Shown here piece by piece: positions 46,464 to 56,667 of a stretch of 64,000 bases of DNA (positions are counted from its first letter, which is position 1; every line of letters starts with the position of its first letter). The notes beneath the pieces are model-generated. The model did no database searches. It saw nothing but the letters and a program-made list of their open reading frames with translations, and was not told the origin of the DNA. The position numbers and the translations under genes are program-made. This DNA is from Segetibacter sp. Lineage in GTDB: Bacteria; Bacteroidota; Bacteroidia; Chitinophagales; Chitinophagaceae. Location: assembly GCF_025963695.1 (NCBI RefSeq), contig NZ_JAOQAH010000030.1:2396-66395 (forward strand), in the 5' to 3' direction.

Positions 46464-49280
46464 TTATTCAATTGGTAAAAATATTTTGAAAGTTGCTCCC
46501 TGCCCCGGTTCGCTCTCCGCTTTGATAAATCCTTTATGATTTTCGATTACCTTTCTTACAATGGCGAGACCAATGCCGGTGCCTTCATACTCTGCCTTTC
46601 CATGTAGTCTTTGAAACATTTTAAAGATCTTATCTGCGTAAGCTTGTTCAAAACCTATCCCATTATCAGAAACTTTAAGCAGGTTATACAGCTTCTCCGG
46701 AGAAACATTGTGAAGATCATCGCCTTGAATGTCTTCTCCCTTTACTACCGATGAGGTAATGTGGATTTCAGGACGGATGTCGGGTCGGCTAAACTTAAGA
46801 GCGTTTGTAATAAGATTCTGAAATACTTGTTGTATCTGCCTTCTATGTCCGGTTATTACAGGCAGCGGGCCAACTATTACCCGGGCATTTTTTTCCGCTA
46901 CAATCACTTCAAGATCCTCTAAAACCAGGGCTACTTTTTTATCGAGGTTAATTTCTTCGAAATTGGTATTTCCGTTTGAGGTGTGCGAAAATTCTAAAAG
47001 ATCATTAATAAGTAGCTGCATGCGTTCAGTGGCTTTCTCCATCCGCTGAAAGTAGTGTTGATCCTTTTCCAACAGTCTTACTCCCAGGTTATTTTTCAAC
47101 CTTTCAGAAAAAGTGCGGATCTTCCTGATAGGTTCTTTAAGGTCGTGCGAAGCTGCATATGCGAAATCCTCCAGATTCGCATTGGATCGTTTAAGTTCCT
47201 GGATCGTACGTTCCAGCTCAAGCTGGGATTGCTTGTTTACAGTAACATCGGTGAATATGTGAATGAGGTGATTTTCGTCCATCCGGGAAATAGTGAGTTC
47301 AAGCCATTTATTAATTGCCCCAAGGTGATGTTGAATGATAGTAGGCTCACCCGACGCTAACGTGTTTAAGCAAGCGCGTCCATACGGGGAACTAAAAATA
47401 TCAGGATCAAGATCACGGGCTCTTTGATTCAAATAAATGTCTTTAGGAATACCTACATATTTTACTGCTGACTCATTGGCAAGAATTGTTCTGGCATCAT
47501 ATACCCTACCTTCTTCATCCCTGATCATTTCACTCACCGAAATACCATTGGACGAGTTTGTTAAAATATTATCTAACAAACTTTTCTGGCTTTCAAGATC
47601 CCTGGTACGCTCTACTACCCTTTCTTCTAACAAATCGGTATTCTTCTTCTGATCATCAATGTCTGTGCAGGTGCCATACCATTTATAAATATTGCCGCCG
47701 TCATCTTTTAATGGCAATGCCCTTCCAAGAAACCAGCGATATTGGCCATCAAATCGTTTAAAACGATATTCGATTTCGTAAGGATCGCCTGTTTTCAGAC
47801 TGTGCCTCCAAACCTCCCAGGCCTTTTCCTGGTCATCGGGGTGCAAAACTGCGTTCCATCCAGTATCTTTTGATTGTTCATAAGTTAAGCCTGTGTAATC
47901 GTACCATCGCTTGTTATAAAACTCGTGATAGCCATCCGCTTTTGTTGACCAGATTATCTGGGGCATAAAGTCTGTTACGAACTTAAATTCCTTATTGCTC
48001 TCCTCTACCTTCATTCTCGCCAGCACCTGCTCGGTAACTTCCGTTGCAACCACCATGATGCCTACATTCCCTCCATTTTCCTGCACCGGCGTAAAAGCGA
48101 GTTTGAAGTACCGCTCTTCCATTAAAGTATCTCGCATCAGGGGAACAAGACGCTCGTAATCAAAGTACGGTTCTCCCGTTTTATATACTCTACGGAAAAT
48201 ATCAATGACGGGTTGGCCCTTTAGTTCGGGAAGAACGTTTAGCAGTGGTTTTCCAATAATCTCGCTGGTCTTATCAATCAGCGCCAGCATACTTTGATTA
48301 ACGGTATCAAAGATTAAATCTTCCCCTTTAAAAATCAGCATTGCCACAGGAGCAGTATTGATGATATTACGGAAGTTTTTATCTTTTTGGATTAACAGTT
48401 CTTCCGTCTTCTTCCTGTCGGTAATATCCTGCATTGACCCAAGCATCCGGTACGGCTTGCCATCCTGGTTGTGCAAAATATATCCTCTATCCAGTACCCT
48501 TGCGTAGCTGCCATCCTTTCTACCGAAGCGGTATTCTGCCAACCATTGGCTACCACCCTTGTCTATTACGTCGTGTATGCTTTGAATTACCCACTCCCGG
48601 TCTTCCGGATGAAGCCCTATGTACCAGGAATCTATAGTAGGATAAATCTCTTCTTGTGCGTAACCAAAAAGTTCTTTAAATCCCTCGTTCCACCACATCT
48701 TATTAGTCAAAAGGTTCCAATCCCAAACCGCATCATGGGTAGCTTTGGCGATAAGTTCAAATCGTTCTTTAGCTTCGAATATGTCTCGCGATTGTTCTTT
48801 TAAGCGCCTGTCCAATTCCCGGTTTAGCTGTTGCAATTCTTCAAGTTCTTCCGGGCTAATAACCAAAGGGTCTGAAGCGGCGGGTTTACGAAATTCTACC
48901 TGGCCACTCTCGTGAACCAGGGTTTCGACTGTTGAAAGTAATTCCACCAGCTCATCCGAAATTAGCTCCATCTCATCCAGTCCTACCCTGGCTTCGGCTA
49001 CCTTGCCAGTCTTATACAAATCAACCAATTTTCTTGCAACCGTATGAAGGGTAGTGTGCACTTGCTCCAACTTGTGCATTTCAGGAATGTTTGCATAAGC
49101 ACTTAGGGCATGTCCGTAAATCCATTGCCCAACTGCACAATCGTAGTGAGAAATTACAGGAGCTGCGTCCAGGTCAGCTCCATAAAGAATAGAGCGCAAT
49201 CTTGTTTTAAACAGAAGGTGCTTTACACGCGCCTGCTCAAAATCAAATTTAATCCAACGTCCCTCCTGTTCTTTGTGCAT
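46464..49280 (-). CDS. Cytoplasmic sensor histidine kinase: CZB zinc-binding domain, four PAS domains, HisKA, HATPase
   Basis: CZB ligands VKH, HYDCAVGQW, VHTTLH; PAS_3-like LHPEDR and LHPDDQ; PAS_4-like GKPLLNVLPEL; H-box ASHDLKEPIRKI; NLITNALKF; DNGIGF; GTGIGLAI. Confidence 0.9.
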   Translation of the reverse strand: MHKEQEGRWIKFDFEQARVKHLLFKTRLRSILYGADLDAAPVISHYDCAVGQWIYGHALSAYANIPEMHKLEQVHTTLHTVARKLVDLYKTGKVAEARVGLDEMELISDELVELLSTVETLVHESGQVEFRKPAASDPLVISPEELEELQQLNRELDRRLKEQSRDIFEAKERFELIAKATHDAVWDWNLLTNKMWWNEGFKELFGYAQEEIYPTIDSWYIGLHPEDREWVIQSIHDVIDKGGSQWLAEYRFGRKDGSYARVLDRGYILHNQDGKPYRMLGSMQDITDRKKTEELLIQKDKNFRNIINTAPVAMLIFKGEDLIFDTVNQSMLALIDKTSEIIGKPLLNVLPELKGQPVIDIFRRVYKTGEPYFDYERLVPLMRDTLMEERYFKLAFTPVQENGGNVGIMVVATEVTEQVLARMKVEESNKEFKFVTDFMPQIIWSTKADGYHEFYNKRWYDYTGLTYEQSKDTGWNAVLHPDDQEKAWEVWRHSLKTGDPYEIEYRFKRFDGQYRWFLGRALPLKDDGGNIYKWYGTCTDIDDQKKNTDLLEERVVERTRDLESQKSLLDNILTNSSNGISVSEMIRDEEGRVYDARTILANESAVKYVGIPKDIYLNQRARDLDPDIFSSPYGRACLNTLASGEPTIIQHHLGAINKWLELTISRMDENHLIHIFTDVTVNKQSQLELERTIQELKRSNANLEDFAYAASHDLKEPIRKIRTFSERLKNNLGVRLLEKDQHYFQRMEKATERMQLLINDLLEFSHTSNGNTNFEEINLDKKVALVLEDLEVIVAEKNARVIVGPLPVITGHRRQIQQVFQNLITNALKFSRPDIRPEIHITSSVVKGEDIQGDDLHNVSPEKLYNLLKVSDNGIGFEQAYADKIFKMFQRLHGKAEYEGTGIGLAIVRKVIENHKGFIKAESEPGQGATFKIFLPIE

Positions 49281-49909
49281 ATTATTTTGGTCAATTCGGT
49301 TTAAGCCGCATCTAAATTAGACCGAAAGTATGGATTGATAAAAATTAAGGATTTCCATTTAAGAGAGTAGCAGAATTAATTGAAGGGTGAAGTGAATATT
49401 CCGTAAAGGAGAGATTTTTATTTAGTTAAAAAGTTCCTTATTTAACCTAGCCTTTTAACAGCTTCCTCCCACAAATTGCAGATGAAGTTCTGTTGCGACC
49501 ATCTTGTAAATAATACTTTGATTGTTAGTTCCGATTCATTTCTTGTTTTCGCAATCATGTAATTTCTTCTTGCCAAGCGCGTCTTTATTTGTTGTTTTTT
49601 TAGTTTGGCTTTTATATCCATTTGATAATAGTCGTAAATAATTTTTAAACTTCTTTTTAAAGTATTAGTACTTCGTAAATCTACTATTAAGATTTGAGAT
49701 TCAAAATGGAAGTTTACGACCTGATGGATACACATTGGAGGAATTTAATTAAAGAAAAAAGCATTGATTGAACCAGAGATGTACTTATTACTTCCGAACT
49801 GCTCGCCCATGCCCGCAAAAATGCTTTTTTGTCTTACCTAATATCAGTGCTTCTTATTCTTCTTATCTAAAATATTTTTTATGTTAACAGCTTCAGCACT
49901 TTGGTCTGG

Positions 49910-50020
49910 CATCGTTGTGTCACTCACTTGGACTGTTGAAGTCCACTTCGGCAACTAGCATTTCAGGTGTCCCTAACCGGTGCTGAGAGAGGTGAGCCCC
50001 GGCCGCAAAACAGCTATGCC
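49910..50020 (-). ncRNA. Candidate structured RNA element ending in dispersed repeat copy D
   Basis: GC-rich island in an AT-rich spacer with four stems foldable by eye, followed by GTCCAAGTGAGTGACACAACGATG (49933-49910). No known family recognised. Confidence 0.35.
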
Positions 50021-50055
50021 AAATCGTATTGCTATTGATACCGAACAGTCAATTT

Positions 50056-51867
50056 CTATTTGTTACTCAACACTACTATATCCATAGGTTTTAGTATCAC
50101 TTGCTTTGCAATGGCTTGTGTGAATACATTTTTAAATGCTCCCTTATTCAAAACTGCATGAGTAAAAGGTATAGCCTCATCACTTCTGTTTACTAATACA
50201 ATCACTTCCTCGTTATTGTATTTCCGGCTGAAGGCATATAACTGCCTCGCATCATCTTTTACCACGGTAGTATAATTTCCAAGCTTAATAGATTTAAATT
50301 CTTGTCGAAGCCGTATAAATTTTTTGTACCACTCAAATAAATCTTTGTTGAAAACGACCTCATCCGGCTCATGCTTACTTTGGTTGGGGTTATACATCTC
50401 TGCATCATATTTCATTTCGGGCCAAACCATTGGTTTACGACAATCAGGATCGTTGGCACCCCACATACCCATCTCATCGCCATAAAAAAACATCGGTGAA
50501 CCTAAGTACAGCATTTGAAAAGCTACTATTAACTTCTGCTTTTGCACCTGTGCAGTAGTGGGTTTGCGGGCATTGTAATTTCTATTGTTGCTCTTCTGGC
50601 TCCAGTTAAAATATTTCCCCCAATTACCCATTTTCTCTCCGTCAGGATTGGCTACAGCACTTGCAAGCCGTGTTGCATCGTGGCTGTTCATCAGGTTTTG
50701 CATATTCAAAGCAACCCCTTCTCCAAAAGCCTCCCTCAATTCTTTAAGTCTTGTATCAAATTGCGTAACTGTTATAGCACTTGTATCCTGAACAAAGAAG
50801 TCGTGCATGATAAAAGCAAAGTTGTAATTCATAGTGGCATCAAATTCATCGCCACTTAGGTACGGCCTCGTTTTCTCAACCGGGTCAACTAACTCTGCAG
50901 TCATATATGCCTGGGAATTAATACTACGTACCCATCGGCGCCAGTCTTTCCAGAAAGGGTGCCCAACGTTATAGGCAACATCAAGGCGCCAGCCATCAAT
51001 ACCGGCTGCAGCACCTCTATTCATAGGGTTCATCCAACGTTTGGTAGCATTGAAAATATATTCTTTAGGTCCTGCAACAATACCGGTACTATCTTCTTTT
51101 AACTCCGGCAATGTTTTTACCCCAAACCATCCCTTGTATTGAAACGTTGTTCCCTTCGCGGTGTCGCGCCAGCTATCTACCATAAACCAGTCTTTGTACG
51201 GCGAAGCCTGCTGGTTCTTTTCAACATCCTGAAATGCAAAGTTTTTAATGCCGAGGTGGTTAAATACACCATCAAAGATGATGTACATCTTCCGTTTGTG
51301 TACCTCCTCTATCAGCTTCAGAGCAAGTAAATCCGCTTTCGTCCACACCCATGAGGCAGTGTTTAACGGATTCTCCTTTGCTATCAATTTTTTATCACCT
51401 TCCGGGTCCGGACCAAAAGTAGGGTCTACGTGATGATAAGTTAATGCATCATATTTATGAGACGATGGAGACCAAAAAACGGGCGTCATGTAAATGGCAT
51501 TAACACCAATCGATTTAATATAATCAAGCTTGTTAATTACACCTTGCAAATCGCCGCCATAGCGACGCCTTTGAATGTTGTAATAAATATCCTTACCGTT
51601 TTTCTGTTCATAAGGCTGCAGTTGATACCAATCACTTGTCCATGGATGGACTTGAAAAGGCGAGGTATCATCAAAAGGATAAGCACCATTTTGATCTGTT
51701 ACTTTAGGATCATTTGTTGGATCACCATTACTAAAACGTTCGGGGAAGATCTGGTACCAAACTACACCTTTGCTCCAGCGAGGCGTAAAATCTGTTTGAG
51801 CCAAGGTTAACATTGAACTGAATAATAAAGTTGCTAATACCAGGGGAGCTATTAAAATCTTTTTCAT
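50056..51867 (-). CDS. Exported GH13 alpha-amylase family protein (neopullulanase/cyclomaltodextrinase-like)
   Basis: Signal peptide; WYQIFPERF, YGGDLQGVINKLDYI, DGVFNH, GIDGWRLDVA (nucleophile), AELV (acid/base), NSHDATR. Confidence 0.92.
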   Translation of the reverse strand: MKKILIAPLVLATLLFSSMLTLAQTDFTPRWSKGVVWYQIFPERFSNGDPTNDPKVTDQNGAYPFDDTSPFQVHPWTSDWYQLQPYEQKNGKDIYYNIQRRRYGGDLQGVINKLDYIKSIGVNAIYMTPVFWSPSSHKYDALTYHHVDPTFGPDPEGDKKLIAKENPLNTASWVWTKADLLALKLIEEVHKRKMYIIFDGVFNHLGIKNFAFQDVEKNQQASPYKDWFMVDSWRDTAKGTTFQYKGWFGVKTLPELKEDSTGIVAGPKEYIFNATKRWMNPMNRGAAAGIDGWRLDVAYNVGHPFWKDWRRWVRSINSQAYMTAELVDPVEKTRPYLSGDEFDATMNYNFAFIMHDFFVQDTSAITVTQFDTRLKELREAFGEGVALNMQNLMNSHDATRLASAVANPDGEKMGNWGKYFNWSQKSNNRNYNARKPTTAQVQKQKLIVAFQMLYLGSPMFFYGDEMGMWGANDPDCRKPMVWPEMKYDAEMYNPNQSKHEPDEVVFNKDLFEWYKKFIRLRQEFKSIKLGNYTTVVKDDARQLYAFSRKYNNEEVIVLVNRSDEAIPFTHAVLNKGAFKNVFTQAIAKQVILKPMDIVVLSNK

Positions 51868-51873
51868 ACGTAG

Positions 51874-51881
51874 CAAAAATA
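51874..51881 (-). promoter_or_regulatory. -7 box of the GH13 gene
   Basis: TATTTTTG ending 6 nt before the ATG. Confidence 0.5.
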
Positions 51882-52038
51882 ATATGGAGACTGGTTAAAG
51901 TAAATCAGTTTTCTACCATTGTTACATTTCGGCAGCACCTTAAACAAAATGGAAAATAAGAACAGTATTTCCTAATTTCTATATTCATGGCAAATCCTGC
52001 AATTAAGTATAATCATCCCACCAATGCTGTGACCCCAA

Positions 52039-52641
52039 TTACTTCTCTATTTTCAGCAGCCTGAAAAATTCCTCTTCCCCAATTTCTTTTACTTCACCTG
52101 GCTGCAGGTCACCTAATAAGATATCTTCAATTGCAACCCGTACCAATCGCTTGCATCTGTGTCCGACCGCAGCAACCATTTTTCGTACCTGGTGATACTT
52201 TCCTTCTATTAAAGTCATCATCAACCAGGCGGAGGCTGTGTACTCAACTTGGTATGCTGGTAATGTAATGTAATCAGAAGGATTTAAAACTACCTCCACC
52301 GCTTCTGGTACTGCCGTATAGTAACTTCCTCCCTTTACCTGTATCGAAACACCGCTGCGAAGTTTCTCCAACGTTTCTTGTGTTACAATATGTTTTACCA
52401 GCACCAGGTATTTCCGCTGATGGCTAACCTTGCCTTGGAAAAGCTTCTTTGTAATTGTTTTATTCGTCGTTAGCAATAGCAAACCTTCTGATTGATTGTC
52501 TAATCTTCCTATTGCATGTGTGCCTTCGGGAAATTCAAAATTTATATCTCCTAATAAAACTACATCGTGGCTGCTTTTAAACTGCGAAACCATATTGCAG
52601 GGCTTATAAAGGATGAAGTACCGATGCGAAATTTCGTTCAT
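52039..52641 (-). CDS. rRNA pseudouridine synthase, RsuA/RluE family (no S4 domain)
   Basis: ILYKP, AIGRLDNQSEGLLLLT (catalytic Asp), LIEGKYHQVRKMVAAVG, RLVRVAI. Confidence 0.9.
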   Translation of the reverse strand: MNEISHRYFILYKPCNMVSQFKSSHDVVLLGDINFEFPEGTHAIGRLDNQSEGLLLLTTNKTITKKLFQGKVSHQRKYLVLVKHIVTQETLEKLRSGVSIQVKGGSYYTAVPEAVEVVLNPSDYITLPAYQVEYTASAWLMMTLIEGKYHQVRKMVAAVGHRCKRLVRVAIEDILLGDLQPGEVKEIGEEEFFRLLKIEK

Positions 52642-52987
52642 AATTTAACTGTAATCTACTATAGGAATTCAAGATAAATGCCTGCCTTATTGCGTACCAA
52701 CATGCTACCGTTCTCGTCGTTATTTTTTCTTTAGTTACTGTCTTTTTATTCTTCCGGGAAAGTAACAAATGCTTGAAAGAGTGGAAAAGGATTATTCGGT
52801 ACACCAAGATTTGCCAGATGAATGGACTGTGGAAAAAACGAATAATAGTAGTGTAAAGATGCGTCTTACAATTAAGTTTTTTTGCTACTTTCCAGATAAA
52901 CGACGTAAAGCGAGAGATGGTAATACTAAAAGAAGTTAAAATGGAAACAGCAATTAATAAGCTTTTAAGAAAAAAAGCTCGTTACTG

Positions 52988-54076
52988 CTAATAAGCCAGC
53001 GTAACTGCCACCGGGTAGTGATCGGATAATTGCCGACGGATAACACGATAATCTGTAACCTCAAAGAATGGTTTTACCATGACATAATCAATTTGAAAAT
53101 CAGGTAACCCGCCATTAAAAGTTACCCTGTAACCCCTTCCCTTTTCGCGAAAAGCATTTTTCATTTCCCGCATGGTATAATTAACCGCATATGAAGAAGG
53201 CGTATCGTTAAAATCACCCGCAATGATAATTGGATACTCGCAAGAACTTGCGTGCTCTTTAACCATTTTCACCTGTTTACTTCTATTTCTGTAAGCGAAA
53301 GAAAACTTATCCTTGACTTTAAAAAGAAATTTAAATTTGCCTATTATATCTGCGTTTCGCCATTCTTCATACTCGTACGGCTGAAAACCAAACGATTGAA
53401 AATGCACATTATAAACCCTTATAATTTTACCATTTGTGTTAATGTCGGTAAAAATTGCCTGGTTACCACCTGACGTTTCCGAAAAAAGAATAAACCCGGT
53501 ATTGACAATAGGAAATTTTGAAAGCGTTGCAATGGATTCCGTAGGAAAAACATTGGGATCGTTTGGACCATCATAATAGTAAGACGCCTTAAGAATAATT
53601 TTAAGAGAGTCTAGTGTATTTAAGCCGACTCCCCTATTGTTTTGAAAATCCTGCATACAAAGTATATCTGGTTGTTCCCCCTGGATCAGCTGTAGTATTG
53701 AACCCTGTACACTTGTCTCTATATCATTAGCATCTGTAAACATGTGTACGTTATAAGTCATAAACTTAAGTTTATTGCCGCCCTGCTTTACATCAGAGGG
53801 AAAGAAATTCGCCCCAAATGAATTCAGAAAAATATTTATTGTAAATAACGCAGGGATAAGAAAGAGTATTGAAGATATATTTCTTTTAATAAGTATATAA
53901 AGAACAAACAGTGCAAGATGCAGTAATAGGAGGAATGGATATATTAAGCCAAAAAAGGCAATAAAATCAAAATTTGCAGGATCTACATAAGGAGCGGCAG
54001 CGGCAGCAATAAGTGCAACGGAGGTCACGATTATCGAAAACCCTATTAAACTACTAAATACCTTTTTAACTATCAT
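52988..54076 (-). CDS. Membrane-anchored endonuclease/exonuclease/phosphatase family protein
   Basis: Three N-terminal TM helices; MTYNV, PDILCMQD, IAGDFNDTP, QIDYV, SDHYPV. Confidence 0.88.
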   Translation of the reverse strand: MIVKKVFSSLIGFSIIVTSVALIAAAAAPYVDPANFDFIAFFGLIYPFLLLLHLALFVLYILIKRNISSILFLIPALFTINIFLNSFGANFFPSDVKQGGNKLKFMTYNVHMFTDANDIETSVQGSILQLIQGEQPDILCMQDFQNNRGVGLNTLDSLKIILKASYYYDGPNDPNVFPTESIATLSKFPIVNTGFILFSETSGGNQAIFTDINTNGKIIRVYNVHFQSFGFQPYEYEEWRNADIIGKFKFLFKVKDKFSFAYRNRSKQVKMVKEHASSCEYPIIIAGDFNDTPSSYAVNYTMREMKNAFREKGRGYRVTFNGGLPDFQIDYVMVKPFFEVTDYRVIRRQLSDHYPVAVTLAY

Positions 54077-54363
54077 TAACTTCTTCTTCCTAGTGTTTAT
54101 AAAAGCTTAACTAATCCAGAATTTAGGGTAAGATTAAAAAGCAGTGCAAAATTATTTAAAGCACTACCAATAAGACAATAAAAAAGGTAACGATAGTTGC
54201 AAAATAAGAAAGTATTGAAAGCGTCTTCAGCGTTATTGAAAATCTAGCTGCAATATATAAGATAAAAATCTTAACTCCTCTAGGTTTGTAGCGCTCTTGT
54301 GGGGGAACGTTTAGCGCAGTAACGCCCTTAGAACTTCTATCCTCATAATGCTAACTCTCCCTT

Positions 54364-54394
54364 AAAAAAAAACCACTTCTTTTAGGAAGTGGCC
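54364..54394 (-). terminator. Intrinsic terminator of rpoD
   Basis: Minus strand GGCCACTTC-CTAAAA-GAAGTGGTT followed by a T-run. Confidence 0.8.
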
Positions 54395-54418
54395 TTTTTA
54401 AAAAATTAGTAATGAAAT

Positions 54419-55276
54419 TTAGCCCAAATAAGCTTTCAGAGCATTACTATAACGTGCTTTTTGTAGGCGCTTAATAGCTCTTTCTTTAATTTGCCTGATA
54501 CGCTCTTTCGTTAAATCGTATTTCTGGCCAATCTGCTCGATGGTAACACCGTTCTCTCCGTCTAGGCCAAAATATGCGTTTACAATTTCTGCTTCCCTTG
54601 GTGAAAGTGATTTGAGTACTCTACGAATTTCCTCTCTCAAACTATCCTTCATTACGTCATCGTCTGTATCATCTCCACCTTCTAATAAATCACCCATTGC
54701 CACATCTTCTGCTTCGTGTACCGGAGCATCTAAGGATGTATGACGTGTATTGCTTTGAAATATATTATTAATCTCAGTTTCGCTCATCTCAAGAATGTCC
54801 GCTAGCTCTTCTGTACTAGGTTCCCTCTCATGCTCCTGCTCAAAAGCCATATAGGCTTTGTTTGCTTTGTTGTATGTGCCGATTTTATTTTGAGGCAAAC
54901 GAACGAGACGTCCTTGTTCAGCTAATGCCTGTAATATAGATTGGCGGATCCACCAAACGGCGTAAGAAATAAACTTGAAACCTTTAGTCTCATCAAAACG
55001 TTGTGCTGCTTTAATTAAACCTAAATTTCCTTCATTTATCAAATCACTTAAAGATAACCCCTGGTGTTGATACTGCTTGGCCACTGACACCACAAAACGC
55101 AGGTTGGCGGTGGTTAATCTTTCAAGAGCCCTTTGATCACCCATTTTAATCTTTTGGGCCAAAATGGTCTCCTCTTCAGGAGTAATCATAGGTATTTTAG
55201 AAATCTCCTGAAGGTATTTTTCAACCGCTTGGGAGTCTCGGTTTGTAATCTGTGTCGCAATTTTGAGTTGCCTCAT
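54419..55276 (-). CDS. rpoD: Primary RNA polymerase sigma-70 factor of Bacteroidota type (lacks region 1.1)
   Basis: MRQLKI start, ANLRFVVSVAKQY, DLINEGNLGLIKAAQRFD, KFISYAVWWIRQSI, LTKERIRQIKE. Confidence 0.95.
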   Translation of the reverse strand: MRQLKIATQITNRDSQAVEKYLQEISKIPMITPEEETILAQKIKMGDQRALERLTTANLRFVVSVAKQYQHQGLSLSDLINEGNLGLIKAAQRFDETKGFKFISYAVWWIRQSILQALAEQGRLVRLPQNKIGTYNKANKAYMAFEQEHEREPSTEELADILEMSETEINNIFQSNTRHTSLDAPVHEAEDVAMGDLLEGGDDTDDDVMKDSLREEIRRVLKSLSPREAEIVNAYFGLDGENGVTIEQIGQKYDLTKERIRQIKERAIKRLQKARYSNALKAYLG

Positions 55277-55600
55277 GCTGTAGTATATTTAAAAATTATA
55301 ACGCCTTAAAGACCGCTGTAGTTCATTTATTAGTATAATAGACGTCTGCAAGTGCGGCGAAGTTACGTGTCGGCATCCGTTTTTACCAGTATTTGTGGAA
55401 AAAGGCACCTGTTTTGTCTATAAATTAACCTGATGTCAGCTTTTCTTTAGCTAAATTTTTGTTTTTTATAATATGGTTACACTTACTTTGAAAAAGTTAA
55501 TCTATATCTCTGCACTTAGTACATTGGGTGTTGATTATGTTACTATAAAATATTCTTCAAAAAGCATACCCTTAGATCTCACAATAACTTCTTATTCTCT

Positions 55601-55608
55601 TAATTTCG
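55601..55608 (+). promoter_or_regulatory. -7-like box of ltaE
   Basis: TAATTTCG (one mismatch to TAnnTTTG) ending 6 nt before the ATG. Confidence 0.4.
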
Positions 55609-55614
55609 CGGCTT

Positions 55615-56628
55615 ATGATTGACTACAGGTCCGACACCTTTACCAAACCGTCCCCGCAAATGTTAGAGGCGATGTTTAAAGCGGAAGTTGGTGACGATGT
55701 GTATGGAGAAGACAGCACTGTAAACAAACTCGAAGGAATATCGGCAGATATGTTTGGAATGGAGGCCGCTATTTTTTGTCCAAGCGGCACTATGACAAAC
55801 CAGATTGCAATAAAATGCCATACGGTGCCAGGGGATGAAGTGATATGTGACCATGTATCTCACGTGTATATTTACGAGGGAGGTGGTATAGCCCTAAATT
55901 CTGCCAGTTCTGTCCGCCCTGTTTTAGGTAACAGCGGAAGACTTACAGCAGAGCAGGTACTTGACTCAATTAACCCTGATGATATACATAAACCCCGAAC
56001 TAGTCTTGTTAGCCTTGAAAATACGGCAAACCGTGGAGGGGGAAGCTGCTACGCGTTGGGAGAGCTAGAGAAAATTAAAGAAGTTTGTGCGAAAAACAAG
56101 CTGGCCTTACACCTGGATGGAGCGCGTTTGTTTAATGCGATGGTTGCAAAAGGAGAAAAGCCAAAAGACCATGGAAAAATTTTCGATAGTATTTCCATTT
56201 GCCTAAGTAAAGGTTTAGGCACACCAGTAGGAAGTGTTTTACTTGGAACCAAAGATTTAATTAAAAGAGCAAGAAGAATAAGAAAAGTTTTTGGTGGAGG
56301 GATGAGACAGGCAGGATATCTTGCTGCTGCAGGAATTTATGCGCTCGAAAACAACATAAACCGCCTTGAAGAGGATCATCAAAATGCGCAGAAGATAGCT
56401 AATGCACTTGCGAAAAAAGACTTTATTGGCGCTATCCTACCCGTAGAAACAAACATTATTATTTTTGAAGTAAGTGGAAGACTTAGCCCCGTTGGCTTTG
56501 CAGAAAAGATGGCCGAAAATAATATAAAGGTCACGGTTATTTCTAAAACCCAGGTGAGAATTGTTTTACATTTGGATGTAACAGGGGATATGGTATTGAA
56601 AACAATAAAGGTGATTGATCAACTATAA
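55615..56628 (+). CDS. ltaE: Low-specificity L-threonine aldolase
   Basis: DYRSDTFTKP, GDDVYGED, SGTMTNQ, LENTAN, HLDGARLFNA, SICLSKGLG (PLP Lys), GGGMRQAG. Confidence 0.93.
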   Translation: MIDYRSDTFTKPSPQMLEAMFKAEVGDDVYGEDSTVNKLEGISADMFGMEAAIFCPSGTMTNQIAIKCHTVPGDEVICDHVSHVYIYEGGGIALNSASSVRPVLGNSGRLTAEQVLDSINPDDIHKPRTSLVSLENTANRGGGSCYALGELEKIKEVCAKNKLALHLDGARLFNAMVAKGEKPKDHGKIFDSISICLSKGLGTPVGSVLLGTKDLIKRARRIRKVFGGGMRQAGYLAAAGIYALENNINRLEEDHQNAQKIANALAKKDFIGAILPVETNIIIFEVSGRLSPVGFAEKMAENNIKVTVISKTQVRIVLHLDVTGDMVLKTIKVIDQL

Positions 56629-56667
56629 GCAGTAGTCTTTTAAACATAGAAAAACACAGGCAAAATA

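Noticed and set aside
49442-49735. 97-aa minus-strand ORF
   Set aside because: No ATG-anchored start at the called position, no recognisable motif, and very AT-rich low-complexity sequence; not supportable as a gene.
49930-50010. TPP, glycine, HDV-like or pistol identity for the structured element
   Set aside because: Only isolated words match (GCTGAGA, CTCTCAG, GCCGAAG, GGCCGG, TTAGGG). The required order, pseudoknot complements and downstream conserved blocks are missing.
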